From NCBI GenBank assembly GCA_964551525.1, contig CAZKCH010000001.1, forward strand, positions 1,831-65,830: a stretch of DNA of 64,000 nucleotides. The letters are read 5' to 3'. This document shows positions 47,528 to 57,964 of this stretch, piece after piece. Below the pieces are notes generated by a model. It was not told where the DNA came from. It was given only the letters and a program-made list of their open reading frames with translations, and made no database searches. Position 1 is the stretch's first letter, and every line of letters begins with the position of its first letter. The translations under genes were made by a program, and so were the position numbers. The DNA comes from an uncultured Candidatus Saccharibacteria bacterium. Lineage in GTDB: Bacteria; Patescibacteriota; Minisyncoccia; Minisyncoccales; GWA2-46-15.

Positions 47528-47852
47528 ACGAGAGGACCTCTGAGAACTGACCTCTGGTGTACCAGTTGTCCTGCCAAGGGCATTGCTGGGTAGCTATGTC
47601 GGGCATGGATAAGTGTTGAAAGCATCTAAACACGAAGCCAACTCCAAGATTAGGACTCATAGATTCCTTGAAGACCACAAGGTTAATAGGCTGCAGGCGT
47701 AAGGCCCGCAAGGGTTTAAACCGAGCAGTACTAATAAATCATCAACCATAATTTTCTTACCTTCCTTAGCTTTGCCAGATATTCATTATATCCTGGCGTT
47801 TTGGCAAAAAAATGAAGCTCCCTTCTCTCATCTTGAGATAAAATTAAACACA

Positions 47853-47966
47853 GAGGTGGGGACTATACCGAGGTTGTCCCACTCGTTCCCATTCCGAACA
47901 CGACCGTGAAATACCTCATGGCTGATGATAGTCCTTCCGGGCGAAAGTAGGTAGTCCCCACCCCTT
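47853..47966 (+). rRNA. rrf: 5S rRNA
   Basis: ccgaacacgaccgtgaaatacc and gggcgaaagtaggtagtccccaccc blocks. Helix I pairing ggtgggga/tccccacc. 100 nt downstream of the 23S. Confidence 0.75.
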
Positions 47967-48038
47967 TGTTTAATCTGACGATGTCCGTTATCAAAAACGC
48001 GCTTTTAAAATTGGCCCAAAAGGGGATATAATAGGTAA

Positions 48039-48872
48039 ATGGATAAATACTTTTTCAAAACCAAAAAGAGGCCCTTGCCACCGGCAATTTTAATTGCCTT
48101 GGTTTTTCTTTCATCCTTGCTGGCAATTAAATTCTTGGGCTTAGAGAAAAAAGTCCAAAACGTTTTTCTTCTGGCTTCTTCGCCCGTCGAAACATTTCTC
48201 TGGCAAAGCGGGCAAAAAACCAGCCAGTTTTTTGATAACTTTATTCAAAAAAAACTCTTGGCCAAAGAAAACACCACTCTCCGGCTCGAAAACCTGTCTT
48301 TAAAGAGAAAAATTAGCCAGCTCCAAGAATTGAAACAGGAAAACCAATCCCTGCGGGAAGCCCTAAACTTGGAATTAGAAAAAGACTTTGATTTATTAGC
48401 CGCCCAGATTATAAGCAAAGATCCTTTTAACGACGCTATTTTTATCGATAAGGGCAATGCCGACGGCTTAAAAAACGGTTGGGCCTTGATCAGCCCGCAA
48501 AGAATTCTTCTGGGAAAAATAACCGAGGTCTTTGAAAACTTCTCGCGGGTGGTGCTTATTTCCGATAAAAGCGTTTCTTTTGATGCGGAGGTTAAAAAAA
48601 TCAGCGCGGAAAACAGCGAAAAAATAAGGGGCGTGGCCAAAGGAGAGGGGAATAACCGGCTTTCTTTTGATTTAATTCCTCAAGAAGCAGTGATCGAAAT
48701 AGGGGACAAGGTTATTACCAGTTCTCCTTCTAATGCTTTTCCCGGCGGCATTTTAGCCGGAGAAATCGAAGGGATAAACTTTTCCGATGTCAGACCATTC
48801 CGCAGCGCCAAAATCAAGCCCTTGTTCAAAATCAGCGAATTAAAAACTATCTTCATAATCAAAAACTATTGA
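48039..48872 (+). CDS. mreC: rod shape-determining protein MreC
   Basis: N-terminal TM helix, coiled coil, C-terminal GDKVITSSPSNAFPGGILAGEI block typical of MreC. Confidence 0.75.
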   Translation: MDKYFFKTKKRPLPPAILIALVFLSSLLAIKFLGLEKKVQNVFLLASSPVETFLWQSGQKTSQFFDNFIQKKLLAKENTTLRLENLSLKRKISQLQELKQENQSLREALNLELEKDFDLLAAQIISKDPFNDAIFIDKGNADGLKNGWALISPQRILLGKITEVFENFSRVVLISDKSVSFDAEVKKISAENSEKIRGVAKGEGNNRLSFDLIPQEAVIEIGDKVITSSPSNAFPGGILAGEIEGINFSDVRPFRSAKIKPLFKISELKTIFIIKNY

Positions 48873-49168
48873 TGCTTTTAAAAACCGCTGTCTTTTCTCT
48901 AATCGGCTACTTTCTGATTGTTTTTCAAACCAGCTTCCTGGCGGCTTTAGAAATCAATTTTTTTCTGCCCAACTTGGCGATTATTTTTATTCTCGTCGCC
49001 GGTCTTTTTGAAAAACAAGAAGAAACCCCTTCTTTAATGGCGGCTTTTATCGTCGGTTTATTCTTGAGCTGGAAATCAAAACCAATGGCCATGCCTTTAT
49101 GGCTGATCCTGCCAACCATGGTTTTATTCATAAAATTAGTGGTTAAAAAATATGTCCGTTTTGTTTAG
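48869..49168 (+). CDS. mreD: rod shape-determining protein MreD-like small membrane protein
   Basis: Three TM helices. Position between mreC and the PBP2 gene. Confidence 0.45.
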   Translation: MMLLKTAVFSLIGYFLIVFQTSFLAALEINFFLPNLAIIFILVAGLFEKQEETPSLMAAFIVGLFLSWKSKPMAMPLWLILPTMVLFIKLVVKKYVRFV

Positions 49169-51086
49169 AAATTATTCGGTCAAAAGATTAAAGCAAGAAC
49201 TCGAACCCCATGAGATTTTTCTTGATAAACTGACGGAGAAAAAACAGAAAGAATCAGGCATTAAAGAGCTGAAATTCGAGGTGCCGCCGCCGAAAAAAGC
49301 GATTATCGGACTTTTAATTTTTTCCTTGCTGGGGTTAGGAGCGCTTTTCTTGAAAACCGGTCAGTTAACTATTTTTCAGGGAAAAACATTGGCTGAAACG
49401 GCAGATCAAAACCTTTCCCGGCTTTCGCCTATCAGGGCAAATCGGGGCATTATCTATGACCAAAATTTTGAAAAATTAGTGACTAATTCTCCCAGCTTTG
49501 ATTTAGTTTTGGAAAAAAGGGACCTGCCAGAAAATAGCGCCAGCGAAGAAATATTTACCATTGCCAAAATCTTAGACCAAGACCCGAATGGAATCCAGGA
49601 AAAAATTAGCCAGGCGACCGAGAATACACTGATCATTGCCGAAAACCTTAGTCACGAAGCCATTATTTCCTTAGAAACACACCTTAACAACAACGCCTTG
49701 CCCGGGTTCAAAATTGAAGAGAATACCATCCGAAGCTATTTCGAGGGCTCGGTTTTTTCTTCTATTTTGGGCTATACCGGCCGGATCAATGCCTCGGAAT
49801 ATAAATCTTTAAAAGAAAACGATTACTTTATTTCTGACTATATCGGCAAGCAGGGCTTAGAAAAATCTTACGAAGAAATATTGCGAGGCAAGCCAGGAAT
49901 TTATGAAATCAAAAAAGACGCCAACGGCAATAAGATACAAGAAGGGATAAGGAGCGAATCCGAGGCGGGTCAAAGTTTAGTGCTTTGGCTTGATGCTAGC
50001 TTGCAAGAAAAACTTAAAACAGAATTGTCTCGAATTACCGGCGAGATCGGGACGCGCCGCGCCGCCGCCATAGCCATGGATCCCAAAACCGGCGGCATCC
50101 TCGCCATGGTTTCTTTGCCGAGTTTTGACAATAATGATTTCTCCCAGGGTATTTCCCAAAAGGACTTGGAAAAGCTTCTTTCTGACCCGGCCAAGCCGCT
50201 TTTCAACCGCGCCGTTTCCGGCCAGTATGCTTCCGGCTCAACCATCAAACCGCTGATTGCCGCCGCCGCCCTCCAAGAAAAAATTATTTCTCCTGACAAA
50301 CAAATTTATTCCCGGGGTTTTATCAGCGTGCCTAACCAGTACGATCCTGACATCATTTACACTTACCGCGACACCGCCCCTCCCGGCTGGGTGGATATGA
50401 GAAAAGCGATTGCCATTTCCTGCAATGTCTATTTTTATACCATCGGCGGCAGCTATGAAGGCCAGAAAGGCCTTGGTTCCACTAAGATTAAAAACTATCT
50501 CAACCTTTTCAATTGGGGACAATTAACCGGCATTGATTTGCCCCAAGAAAGCCGGGGCTTGATTCCCGATCACCAATGGAAAGAAAAAAATATTGGCGAA
50601 ACCTGGTACACCGGCGATACTTATAACCTTTCTATTGGCCAAGGCTATTTACAAGTCAGCCCGCTTCAGGTCGCCACTGCCTTTTCTGCGATTGCCAATA
50701 ACGGCAAAGTAATGAAACCACAAATGGTGGCGAAAATCATTGAAGGAGATCTCGATAACCAAAAAATCATTAAAGAACTTTCTCCGGAAGTGATCCGCGA
50801 CCTACCTATAGACCAAGAAAATCTGGCCGTGGTCAGGCAAGGGATGAGAGATGCGGTTATTTACGGTTCATCAATAACTCTGGCTGATTTGCCCATCAAA
50901 GTCGCGGCCAAAACCGGCACGGCTCAAACTTCAAAAACCAATTATTACGACAACTGGGTGACGGTTTTTGCTCCCTACGACGACCCCCAAATCGTCCTGA
51001 CAGTTCTGATTGAAGATGTGCCGGGCGTCCGCGCCGCCGCCTTACCGGTGGCGCACGAAACCTTAAAATGGTACTTTTCAAAATAA
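49152..51086 (+). CDS. mrdA: penicillin-binding protein 2 (peptidoglycan D,D-transpeptidase)
   Basis: SGSTIKP (SxxK) and KTGTAQ motifs. N-terminal TM helix and PBP dimerisation domain. Synteny with mreCD. Confidence 0.85.
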   Translation: MSVLFRNYSVKRLKQELEPHEIFLDKLTEKKQKESGIKELKFEVPPPKKAIIGLLIFSLLGLGALFLKTGQLTIFQGKTLAETADQNLSRLSPIRANRGIIYDQNFEKLVTNSPSFDLVLEKRDLPENSASEEIFTIAKILDQDPNGIQEKISQATENTLIIAENLSHEAIISLETHLNNNALPGFKIEENTIRSYFEGSVFSSILGYTGRINASEYKSLKENDYFISDYIGKQGLEKSYEEILRGKPGIYEIKKDANGNKIQEGIRSESEAGQSLVLWLDASLQEKLKTELSRITGEIGTRRAAAIAMDPKTGGILAMVSLPSFDNNDFSQGISQKDLEKLLSDPAKPLFNRAVSGQYASGSTIKPLIAAAALQEKIISPDKQIYSRGFISVPNQYDPDIIYTYRDTAPPGWVDMRKAIAISCNVYFYTIGGSYEGQKGLGSTKIKNYLNLFNWGQLTGIDLPQESRGLIPDHQWKEKNIGETWYTGDTYNLSIGQGYLQVSPLQVATAFSAIANNGKVMKPQMVAKIIEGDLDNQKIIKELSPEVIRDLPIDQENLAVVRQGMRDAVIYGSSITLADLPIKVAAKTGTAQTSKTNYYDNWVTVFAPYDDPQIVLTVLIEDVPGVRAAALPVAHETLKWYFSK

Positions 51087-51087
51087 T

Positions 51088-51534
51088 ATGGATATTACCG
51101 CTGAGGGTTTGGAAAAATTAAAACAGGAACTGGAATACCTGAAAACGACCAAGAGAAAAGAAATGGCCCAACGGCTCAAAGAGGCGATTGCTTTTGGCGA
51201 TCTTTCAGAAAACTTCGCCTACCACGAGGCCAAGGAAGCCCAGGGATTCTTGGAGGGCAGGATTATAGAATTACAAAGAGCCATCAAAAGCGCCCGAATT
51301 ATCCAGAAAAAACAAAGTGATTGCGTCGCTTTAGGGTGCCGTATTATTGTAGAGCTCGATGGCGAAAAAAACGAATTCGAGATTGTCGGTCCCAATGAAA
51401 CCGACCCCGCTCACGGCCGGCTCTCAAATCAATCGCCGTTAGGCGCTTGCCTTTGCGGCAAAAAGCCCGGCCAGAACGGCATCTTCGAAATTAACGGCAA
51501 CAAAATGAAATTCAAAATTATATCCGTATCATAA
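51088..51534 (+). CDS. greA: transcription elongation factor GreA
   Basis: N-terminal coiled-coil with acidic tip (AFGDLSENFAYHEAKE) and a C-terminal FKBP-like domain. Confidence 0.85.
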   Translation: MDITAEGLEKLKQELEYLKTTKRKEMAQRLKEAIAFGDLSENFAYHEAKEAQGFLEGRIIELQRAIKSARIIQKKQSDCVALGCRIIVELDGEKNEFEIVGPNETDPAHGRLSNQSPLGACLCGKKPGQNGIFEINGNKMKFKIISVS

Positions 51535-51641
51535 TATTACCGCATCCTTGTTAACACTCCGTACGGATAATTAACAAGTATGAGGATTCAAATGATTTTA
51601 GAATATTTGAATTAGAAATGTTTTTCCTCTATAATTAGAGC

Positions 51642-53108
51642 ATGGAAAAGACGCTTGAAGAAATCAGAAAAACGAGAATCCAGAAATTAAAGGCCTTGGA
51701 AATGGCTGGTTTTTCCGGTTATCCGGCAAAAACACGACGCACTCACCGGATAGGCGATGCGCTGACTGATTTCGAAAAACTAAAAAAAACCGAAAAAACA
51801 ATTACCTTGGCGGGCCGGGTTAGGTCTTTGCGCCAGCACGGCAAGATTACCTTTTTGCAATTGGAAGATGGCTCAGGAAAAATTCAGGGCATGCTCAGGG
51901 AGAATCGGCTCGGTGAAAAAGGTTATCAGTTTTTCACTGACTATTTCGACATCGGCGACTTCATTGAGCTAAAAGGAGAGCTGATCGAAAGCAAAACCAA
52001 CGAAAAAACCATTGACGCAATTGATTTCAGAATCCTGACAAAATCAATCAGGCCTCTACCGGAAAAATGGCACGGCTTACAAGATGAAGAAGAAAAACTG
52101 CGCAAACGATATTTAGACATCCTTTTTAATCCCGAGGCGAAATCAATGGTGGAAAAACGATCGGTTTTCTGGCAAACCATGCGCGACTTCCTTTTAAAAC
52201 GCGGTTTTTTGGAAGTGGAAACTCCGGTCTTGGAAACCACGCCGGGCGGCGCTGACGCCAAAGCCTTTGCCACTCACCATAACGCTCTTGATATGGAAGT
52301 TTTCTTAAGGATCTCTATGGGCGAGCTCTGGCAAAAACGCCTGATGGTCGCTGGCTTTGAAAAAACCTTTGAACTGGGCCGCCAATTCCGCAACGAAGGC
52401 ATGAGCCCAGAACACTTGCAGGATTATACCCAAATGGAATTTTATTGGGGCTACGCTGATTTTGAACAAGGCATGGAATTAGTAGAAGAAATGTACAAGG
52501 AAACAGCAAAGAAAACCTTTGGCACGCTTAAATTTAATATCCGCGGCTTTGAAATTGATCTTGGTAAAAAGTGGGAAAAATACGACTATCGCGAGATAAT
52601 CCAGAAAAACACCGGCATTGACGTTTTAGACACCGGCATCAAAGAAATCGAAACCAAACTTAAAAAATTAAACATCGATTACGATAAAGAAGGGTTTAAT
52701 TTCGGCCGCGCCATGGATAATCTTTGGAAATACTGCCGCAAACAGATTGCCGGCCCGGGATTCTTGATTAATGTGCCGGTGGCGGTTTCGCCCTTGGCCA
52801 AAAGATTGGATAAGAATCCGGAGCTGACCCAGCGCTTCCAAGTCATTATCGCCGGCAGTGAAATGGGCAATGGTTATAGCGAATTAAATAACCCCATTGA
52901 CCAAGCGGAACGATTTGAAGAACAGCAAAAACTACGCGAGCAAGGCGATCAAGAAGCGCAAATGGACGACAAGGACTTTGTCGAAGCCCTGGAATACGGC
53001 ATGCCGCCGACCTGCGGCTTTGGCGTTTCGGAACGGCTCTTCAGTTTTCTTATGGACAAACCAGGCCGCGAATGCCAGATTTTCCCCTTAATGAAACCCA
53101 AGCAATAG
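51642..53108 (+). CDS. lysS: lysine--tRNA ligase (class II)
   Basis: OB-fold N-terminus and class II motifs (FLEVETP, GNGYSELNNP, TCGFGVSERL). Confidence 0.9.
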   Translation: MEKTLEEIRKTRIQKLKALEMAGFSGYPAKTRRTHRIGDALTDFEKLKKTEKTITLAGRVRSLRQHGKITFLQLEDGSGKIQGMLRENRLGEKGYQFFTDYFDIGDFIELKGELIESKTNEKTIDAIDFRILTKSIRPLPEKWHGLQDEEEKLRKRYLDILFNPEAKSMVEKRSVFWQTMRDFLLKRGFLEVETPVLETTPGGADAKAFATHHNALDMEVFLRISMGELWQKRLMVAGFEKTFELGRQFRNEGMSPEHLQDYTQMEFYWGYADFEQGMELVEEMYKETAKKTFGTLKFNIRGFEIDLGKKWEKYDYREIIQKNTGIDVLDTGIKEIETKLKKLNIDYDKEGFNFGRAMDNLWKYCRKQIAGPGFLINVPVAVSPLAKRLDKNPELTQRFQVIIAGSEMGNGYSELNNPIDQAERFEEQQKLREQGDQEAQMDDKDFVEALEYGMPPTCGFGVSERLFSFLMDKPGRECQIFPLMKPKQ

Positions 53109-53109
53109 G

Positions 53110-53619
53110 ATGTTTACCTTTACTCATCTGGGTCCTTCGCTTTTTCTGTTATCCCTCAAGCCAAAATCGCTCAACTGGTGGGCTTTGCTATTAGGCAGTG
53201 TGGTCATGGACGGCGAAAACGCCTATTTGTCCCTCGCTAATATTTTTGCTGGTTGCCCTAAATGTCCTCATCACGGCTTCTTCCATTCAATTATTGGCGC
53301 CCTCATCGGCTCTTTTGTCCTGGCTTTTTTTCTTTTTGAAATTAAAAAACTACTTTTAAAAACCTGCTCTAAACAGCCGATCTGCTTTCCCGTTTTGTTT
53401 TTCAGCGCCCTGATCGGTTGGCTAAGCCATATTTTCGCCGACGCCCTAGTCCATAAAGACGTTTTTCTTTTCTGGCCATTGGAAATCACACCGCTTTTAA
53501 TCAGCTGGAGTCTTTACTGGCCCGTCAGCTACTGGCTGACCGGTTTAGGCGTTATTAGTGCCATTGTTTTAATCACCAGATCAAAGTGCCAAAAATTCAA
53601 ACAAACACCCCAAAATTAA
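53110..53619 (+). CDS. membrane-bound metal-dependent hydrolase-like protein (YdjM/DUF457-like)
   Basis: Multi-TM protein with conserved His residues (HHGFFHS, SHIFADALVH). Confidence 0.45.
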   Translation: MFTFTHLGPSLFLLSLKPKSLNWWALLLGSVVMDGENAYLSLANIFAGCPKCPHHGFFHSIIGALIGSFVLAFFLFEIKKLLLKTCSKQPICFPVLFFSALIGWLSHIFADALVHKDVFLFWPLEITPLLISWSLYWPVSYWLTGLGVISAIVLITRSKCQKFKQTPQN

Positions 53620-53629
53620 GCTTAATCTT

Positions 53630-54196
53630 GTGGAATATATGAATCGAGACGAGGCGTTAAATTTAGTCAGACAACATGTCAAAAGCGAAAACAGCATCAA
53701 ACACATGCTCGCCACCGAAGCGATCATGACTGCCTTGGCTAAACATTTCGGCGAAAACGAAGAAACTTGGGGCTTGGCCGGGCTATTGCACGACATGGAT
53801 ATGGAAATCGTTGATTGGAAAAACCACCCCGAACAACAAGGCGCAATCGGAGCGGATATGCTTGAAAAAATGGGTGTTGATCCTATCATCACTAATGCTA
53901 TTCGCGCCCATAATGAAGCAACCGGAAAAACCCGCGATAATCTGATTGAAAAAGCGATTTACGCCGCTGACTGCCTGACCGGCTTAATTGTCGCCTCGAC
54001 TTTGGTTCTGCCCAGCAGGAAAATAGGGGATTTAATGCCGGAAAATGTTCTTAATCGCTTCAAAGAAAAATCATTTGCCAAGGGCGCCCGGCGCGACGCC
54101 ATCGCCACCTGTGCAAAAATCGGCCTTTCCCTCGAAGAATTCGCCGCCCTCGGCCTCAAGGCAATGCAAAGCATCAGCGTCGCGTTAGGGTTATAA
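53630..54196 (+). CDS. HD-domain phosphohydrolase
   Basis: H...HD pattern (KHMLATE, LLHDMDM), 188 aa. Confidence 0.65.
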   Translation: MEYMNRDEALNLVRQHVKSENSIKHMLATEAIMTALAKHFGENEETWGLAGLLHDMDMEIVDWKNHPEQQGAIGADMLEKMGVDPIITNAIRAHNEATGKTRDNLIEKAIYAADCLTGLIVASTLVLPSRKIGDLMPENVLNRFKEKSFAKGARRDAIATCAKIGLSLEEFAALGLKAMQSISVALGL

Positions 54197-54211
54197 TGTC
54201 ATAATGTCAAA

Positions 54212-54250
54212 AAGTGTGGGAGGTCCGACCTCCCACACTTTTCTTTTTAT
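54212..54250 (+). terminator. strong rho-independent terminator
   Basis: 14-bp perfect stem aagtgtgggaggtc/gacctcccacactt followed by a T-run. Confidence 0.75.
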
Positions 54251-54340
54251 CAAGGCCCGGTCGCGGAAAAACCAGGCCCTTAATTTCTAACAAAGGCAAA
54301 AAATGCTATTATATAGGATTAAAAACTTATTCTTATCAAT

Positions 54341-55606
54341 ATGCTTGATTTAAAATTCATCAGGAACAATCCCGACAAAATAAAGGAGGGTTGCCGGAAA
54401 AAGCAGGTTAAAGTTGATATTGACCGGCTTTTAGAGATCGATAAAAAACGCAGGGAATTGATGCTCGCCCTTGAAGACACGCGGGCGAAAAAAAACAAAG
54501 CCAATGAAGAGATAAAATCGGCCCACGACCAGCAGGAAAAAGAAAGCATTGTTTTAAGGATGCGCGAATTAGATAAAAACGATGACCGCATCGAGACCGA
54601 GTTTAAAGACATTGACGCCGAATTCCAAGGCCTAATGTCTATCATCCCCAACCCGCCCTTGGATAGCGTTCCCGAGGGGAGAAACGACAGCGAAAATATA
54701 GAAATTAAAAAATGGGGACAAATTCCGCAGTTTTCTTTTCCCGTAAAAAGCCATTTTGAATTGGGAGAATCATTGGATATTATTGACACCCAACGCGCCG
54801 GCAAGGTCTCGGGTTCCAGATTCGGTTACCTTAAAAACCAAGGGGTAATATTAGAACTCGCCCTTCTTGATTTCGGCTTCAAAACCCTTATCAAAAAGGG
54901 ATTTATTCCGATTTTGCCGCCGGTCATGATTCAAAAAGATGTTCTTTCTGGATTAGGATACAACAACCACGGCTTTGAAGAAACATATTGTTTAGATCAA
55001 GACAATCTTTGTTTGGTCGCCACTGCCGAACACGCCATCGTTCCTTATTTCAAAGACGAAATATTGCCGGAAAACGAACTCCCCAAAAGATTTGTCGGTT
55101 TTTCTACGGCTTTTCGCCGCGAAGCCGGCTCTTATGGCAAAGACACCAGGGGCATCTTGCGAGTCCATCAGTTTAATAAGTTGGAAATGGTTTCTTTCGT
55201 TAAGCCCGAGGATTCGGAAAAAGAGCACTCTTTTTTAATGGCCATAGAAGAAGAACTAATGCAGGCCTTAAAACTTCCTTATCATATACTACAAATGTGC
55301 ACTGGCGACTTGGGCGACCCGGCCGCGGCCAAATACGACATTGAGGCCTGGTTCCCGTCAGAAAATAAATACCGGGAAACCCACTCCGCTTCCAATTGCA
55401 CTGATTATCAATCAAGACGATTAAATACTCGCCTCAAGCGCAGATCAGGAGAGATGGGATTTGTCCATATTCTCAACGGCACGGTTTTTTCCGAAAGGCC
55501 AATTTTGGCAATCTTGGAAAATTACCAGCAGAAAGACGGGTCAGTCAAAGTACCTGACGTCTTACAAAAATACTGCGGCTTCAAAATGATTAAAAACAAG
55601 AAATAA
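54341..55606 (+). CDS. serS: serine--tRNA ligase
   Basis: N-terminal coiled-coil arm and class II core (FRREAGSYGKDTRGILRVHQFNKLE). Confidence 0.9.
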   Translation: MLDLKFIRNNPDKIKEGCRKKQVKVDIDRLLEIDKKRRELMLALEDTRAKKNKANEEIKSAHDQQEKESIVLRMRELDKNDDRIETEFKDIDAEFQGLMSIIPNPPLDSVPEGRNDSENIEIKKWGQIPQFSFPVKSHFELGESLDIIDTQRAGKVSGSRFGYLKNQGVILELALLDFGFKTLIKKGFIPILPPVMIQKDVLSGLGYNNHGFEETYCLDQDNLCLVATAEHAIVPYFKDEILPENELPKRFVGFSTAFRREAGSYGKDTRGILRVHQFNKLEMVSFVKPEDSEKEHSFLMAIEEELMQALKLPYHILQMCTGDLGDPAAAKYDIEAWFPSENKYRETHSASNCTDYQSRRLNTRLKRRSGEMGFVHILNGTVFSERPILAILENYQQKDGSVKVPDVLQKYCGFKMIKNKK

Positions 55607-55648
55607 AAAAGTGGAATATACAGGCGATCGCCTTCATATTCCACAAAA

Positions 55649-56380
55649 TTGAGCTTATTTTTGACAATGGAAAACCGAAAAACCATACTCATCCTTCACG
55701 GCTGGCAGAGCTCCAAAGAGAAATGGCAAAAGGTAAAAGAAGGACTGGAAAAACAGGGAATGAAAGTCATTTTACCCGATCTGCCCGGTTTCAAGTTGGA
55801 AAATAAACTGGATACGGCTTGGAATCTCGATGACTATGTCAGGTGGACCAGAAATTTCGTTGACAGAGAAATGCCCAAAGAAAAGTTTTTTCTCCTCGGT
55901 CAATCCTTTGGCGGCAGAGTCGCCATAAAATTCGCCGTCCAGCACCCGGAAAAACTCGAAGGATTAATTTTGGTTTCCGCGGCAGGCATCAAAACCAAGT
56001 TCCATCTGATTGCCGGCTGGAAACTACTTGGTTTTCTTAAAACTCTGTCTTTTTTGCCTGGCTATAATTTTTTAAGAAAAGTTTTTTACTTTAAAGTCCT
56101 TAAAAGAACTGACTATTACATGGCCGAGGGAACGATGAAAGACGTCTTTCTTAAAGCCATCAACGAAGACCTTTCTCTTTTGTTGCCGGAAATAAAAATC
56201 CCAACCGCTATCATTTGGGGTAAAAAAGATTTTACCACCCCCTTAAGAGACGCTTATTTTATGAAAGGAAAAATCAGTCATTCCCGATTATTTCTACTCG
56301 AGAACATTGGCCATACACCCCATTTAGAAAATCCAGAGTTATTAGCGCAAAAGATAATTGAATTCATCAAGACCAATTAA
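55649..56380 (+). CDS. alpha/beta hydrolase fold protein
   Basis: GQSFGG nucleophile elbow (GxSxG) and a C-terminal His. Confidence 0.65.
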   Translation: MSLFLTMENRKTILILHGWQSSKEKWQKVKEGLEKQGMKVILPDLPGFKLENKLDTAWNLDDYVRWTRNFVDREMPKEKFFLLGQSFGGRVAIKFAVQHPEKLEGLILVSAAGIKTKFHLIAGWKLLGFLKTLSFLPGYNFLRKVFYFKVLKRTDYYMAEGTMKDVFLKAINEDLSLLLPEIKIPTAIIWGKKDFTTPLRDAYFMKGKISHSRLFLLENIGHTPHLENPELLAQKIIEFIKTN

Positions 56381-56381
56381 T

Positions 56382-57962
56382 ATGTCAGCCGAAGCCCTTT
56401 TACCGGTTCTAATCATTCTTTGGTCGGTCCAGGCGGCGAAATCCGTTCTTTTTTGGCTTTATTTATGGCAGCTTAAAGAATACCACACGGGCCGTTTTCT
56501 TGATCACTTCCGCACTGACAAGGGCAAAAAGATTATTTTCAACCTTTTCCGATTGATTAAGATTCCGGTCTTACTTTCCGCCATAATTTTACCGATCTTT
56601 TGGCCCTTGTTTTTGATCTACGCTTTAGAAACGATTTTCTTCTTTGCCAAGAAAGAAGTGAAAATGCCGGTTTTCACTGCCAAAATCGTGTTTTTATTGG
56701 TAGCGAATTTGGCTGTTTTGCCTCTCGTTGCCAGCCAATTCAATGTCTGGCTTTCAAATCGCACCCCTCTGGCCTTATTAATTACTGATATTCTTCTACC
56801 GATTATTGTTTCAATCATAATCTTGGCTCTCCAGCCATTAGCGGTTATGTTCCGCTGTCAAATCATTAACAAAGCCAAGGCGAAAAGGGCGCGCTTTAAG
56901 GGACTGAAAACCATTGGCATTACCGGCAGTTATGGCAAGACCTCAACTAAAGAAATCTTGAAAATAATCCTGGAACAAAGGTTTAATGTTTTGGCCACCA
57001 AGGAAAATCAGAACTCGGAAATCGGCATTGCCAAATGCGTTTTAAATCAATTGAAGGCAAGCCATCAAATTTTCATCTGTGAAATGGGCGCTTATGATAA
57101 AGGGAAAATAAAAGAAGTGGCCCGTATTGCCAAACCGGAAATCGGCATTGTCACCGGCATTAATGAACAGCATTTGGCGCTTTTCGGCTCCATGGCCAAC
57201 CTTATTTCCGCTGAAGGAGGATTAGAGCTTAGTGAAAATTTGCCCCAAAACGGAGTATTAATTTTAAACGGCAACAACGAAATAATACTAAATACTAAAT
57301 ACCAGACACTAAATACTAAATACTGTTCAACTAAAGAAAAATTAGATTTGTGGGCAGAAGACATCAGAGTAGAGAAAGACTTGCTTTTCTTCAAGGTTTG
57401 CAGTAAAGCGGGGGAGAGTGCTGATTTTAAAATCAATTTAATCGGCAGGCATAATATAGAAAATGTTTTATTGGCTGTTGCTGCTGCCAATGAATTAGGC
57501 ATGTCTTTAGTGGAAATCGCCGCGGCCTGCGGAAAAATCACGCCCCGGCAAGGCGCCATGCAACTTGTGCTTGGCCGGGCCAAGCACGAAACCGATGTGC
57601 TTGATTCAAGTTATTCTGCTAATCCGGATGGCGTTTTGACTGCTTTAGAACACTTAAAACTATGGCCGGGAAACAAAATCATTGTTATGCCTTGCTTGAT
57701 CGAGCTCGGGCCGACGGCCAAAGAAATTCACCAAAAAATCGGTAGAAAGATCGGCGAAATCTGCGATCTGTCTGTCATTACCACCAAGGACTGGTTTGAG
57801 GAAATAAAAACCGCCGCGTTAAACGCGGGGATGAAACCGGAAAACATTATTTTTTCCGAAAACCGCAAAAAAATTATTGAAAAAATAAAACCATTTTACC
57901 AGGCGGAAAGCGTTGTTCTTTTGGAGGGCAGGGGACCGATTAAACCAAGTGATTTATTTTAA
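56382..57962 (+). CDS. murF: Mur ligase (UDP-MurNAc-tripeptide--D-Ala-D-Ala ligase-like, MurF) with N-terminal 4-TM extension
   Basis: ITGSYGKTSTKEIL P-loop with Mur ligase middle and C-terminal domains. About 130 aa of N-terminal TM helices. Low-complexity in-frame insert NTKYQTLNTKY. Confidence 0.7.
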   Translation: MSAEALLPVLIILWSVQAAKSVLFWLYLWQLKEYHTGRFLDHFRTDKGKKIIFNLFRLIKIPVLLSAIILPIFWPLFLIYALETIFFFAKKEVKMPVFTAKIVFLLVANLAVLPLVASQFNVWLSNRTPLALLITDILLPIIVSIIILALQPLAVMFRCQIINKAKAKRARFKGLKTIGITGSYGKTSTKEILKIILEQRFNVLATKENQNSEIGIAKCVLNQLKASHQIFICEMGAYDKGKIKEVARIAKPEIGIVTGINEQHLALFGSMANLISAEGGLELSENLPQNGVLILNGNNEIILNTKYQTLNTKYCSTKEKLDLWAEDIRVEKDLLFFKVCSKAGESADFKINLIGRHNIENVLLAVAAANELGMSLVEIAAACGKITPRQGAMQLVLGRAKHETDVLDSSYSANPDGVLTALEHLKLWPGNKIIVMPCLIELGPTAKEIHQKIGRKIGEICDLSVITTKDWFEEIKTAALNAGMKPENIIFSENRKKIIEKIKPFYQAESVVLLEGRGPIKPSDLF

Positions 57963-57964
57963 AC

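Noticed and set aside
51540-51600. Nested palindrome (cttgttaa ... ccgtacgg ... ttaacaag) between greA and lysS as a T-box/riboswitch
   Set aside because: Too short for a T-box leader and no specifier/antiterminator elements. Interpreted as a terminator-like hairpin only.
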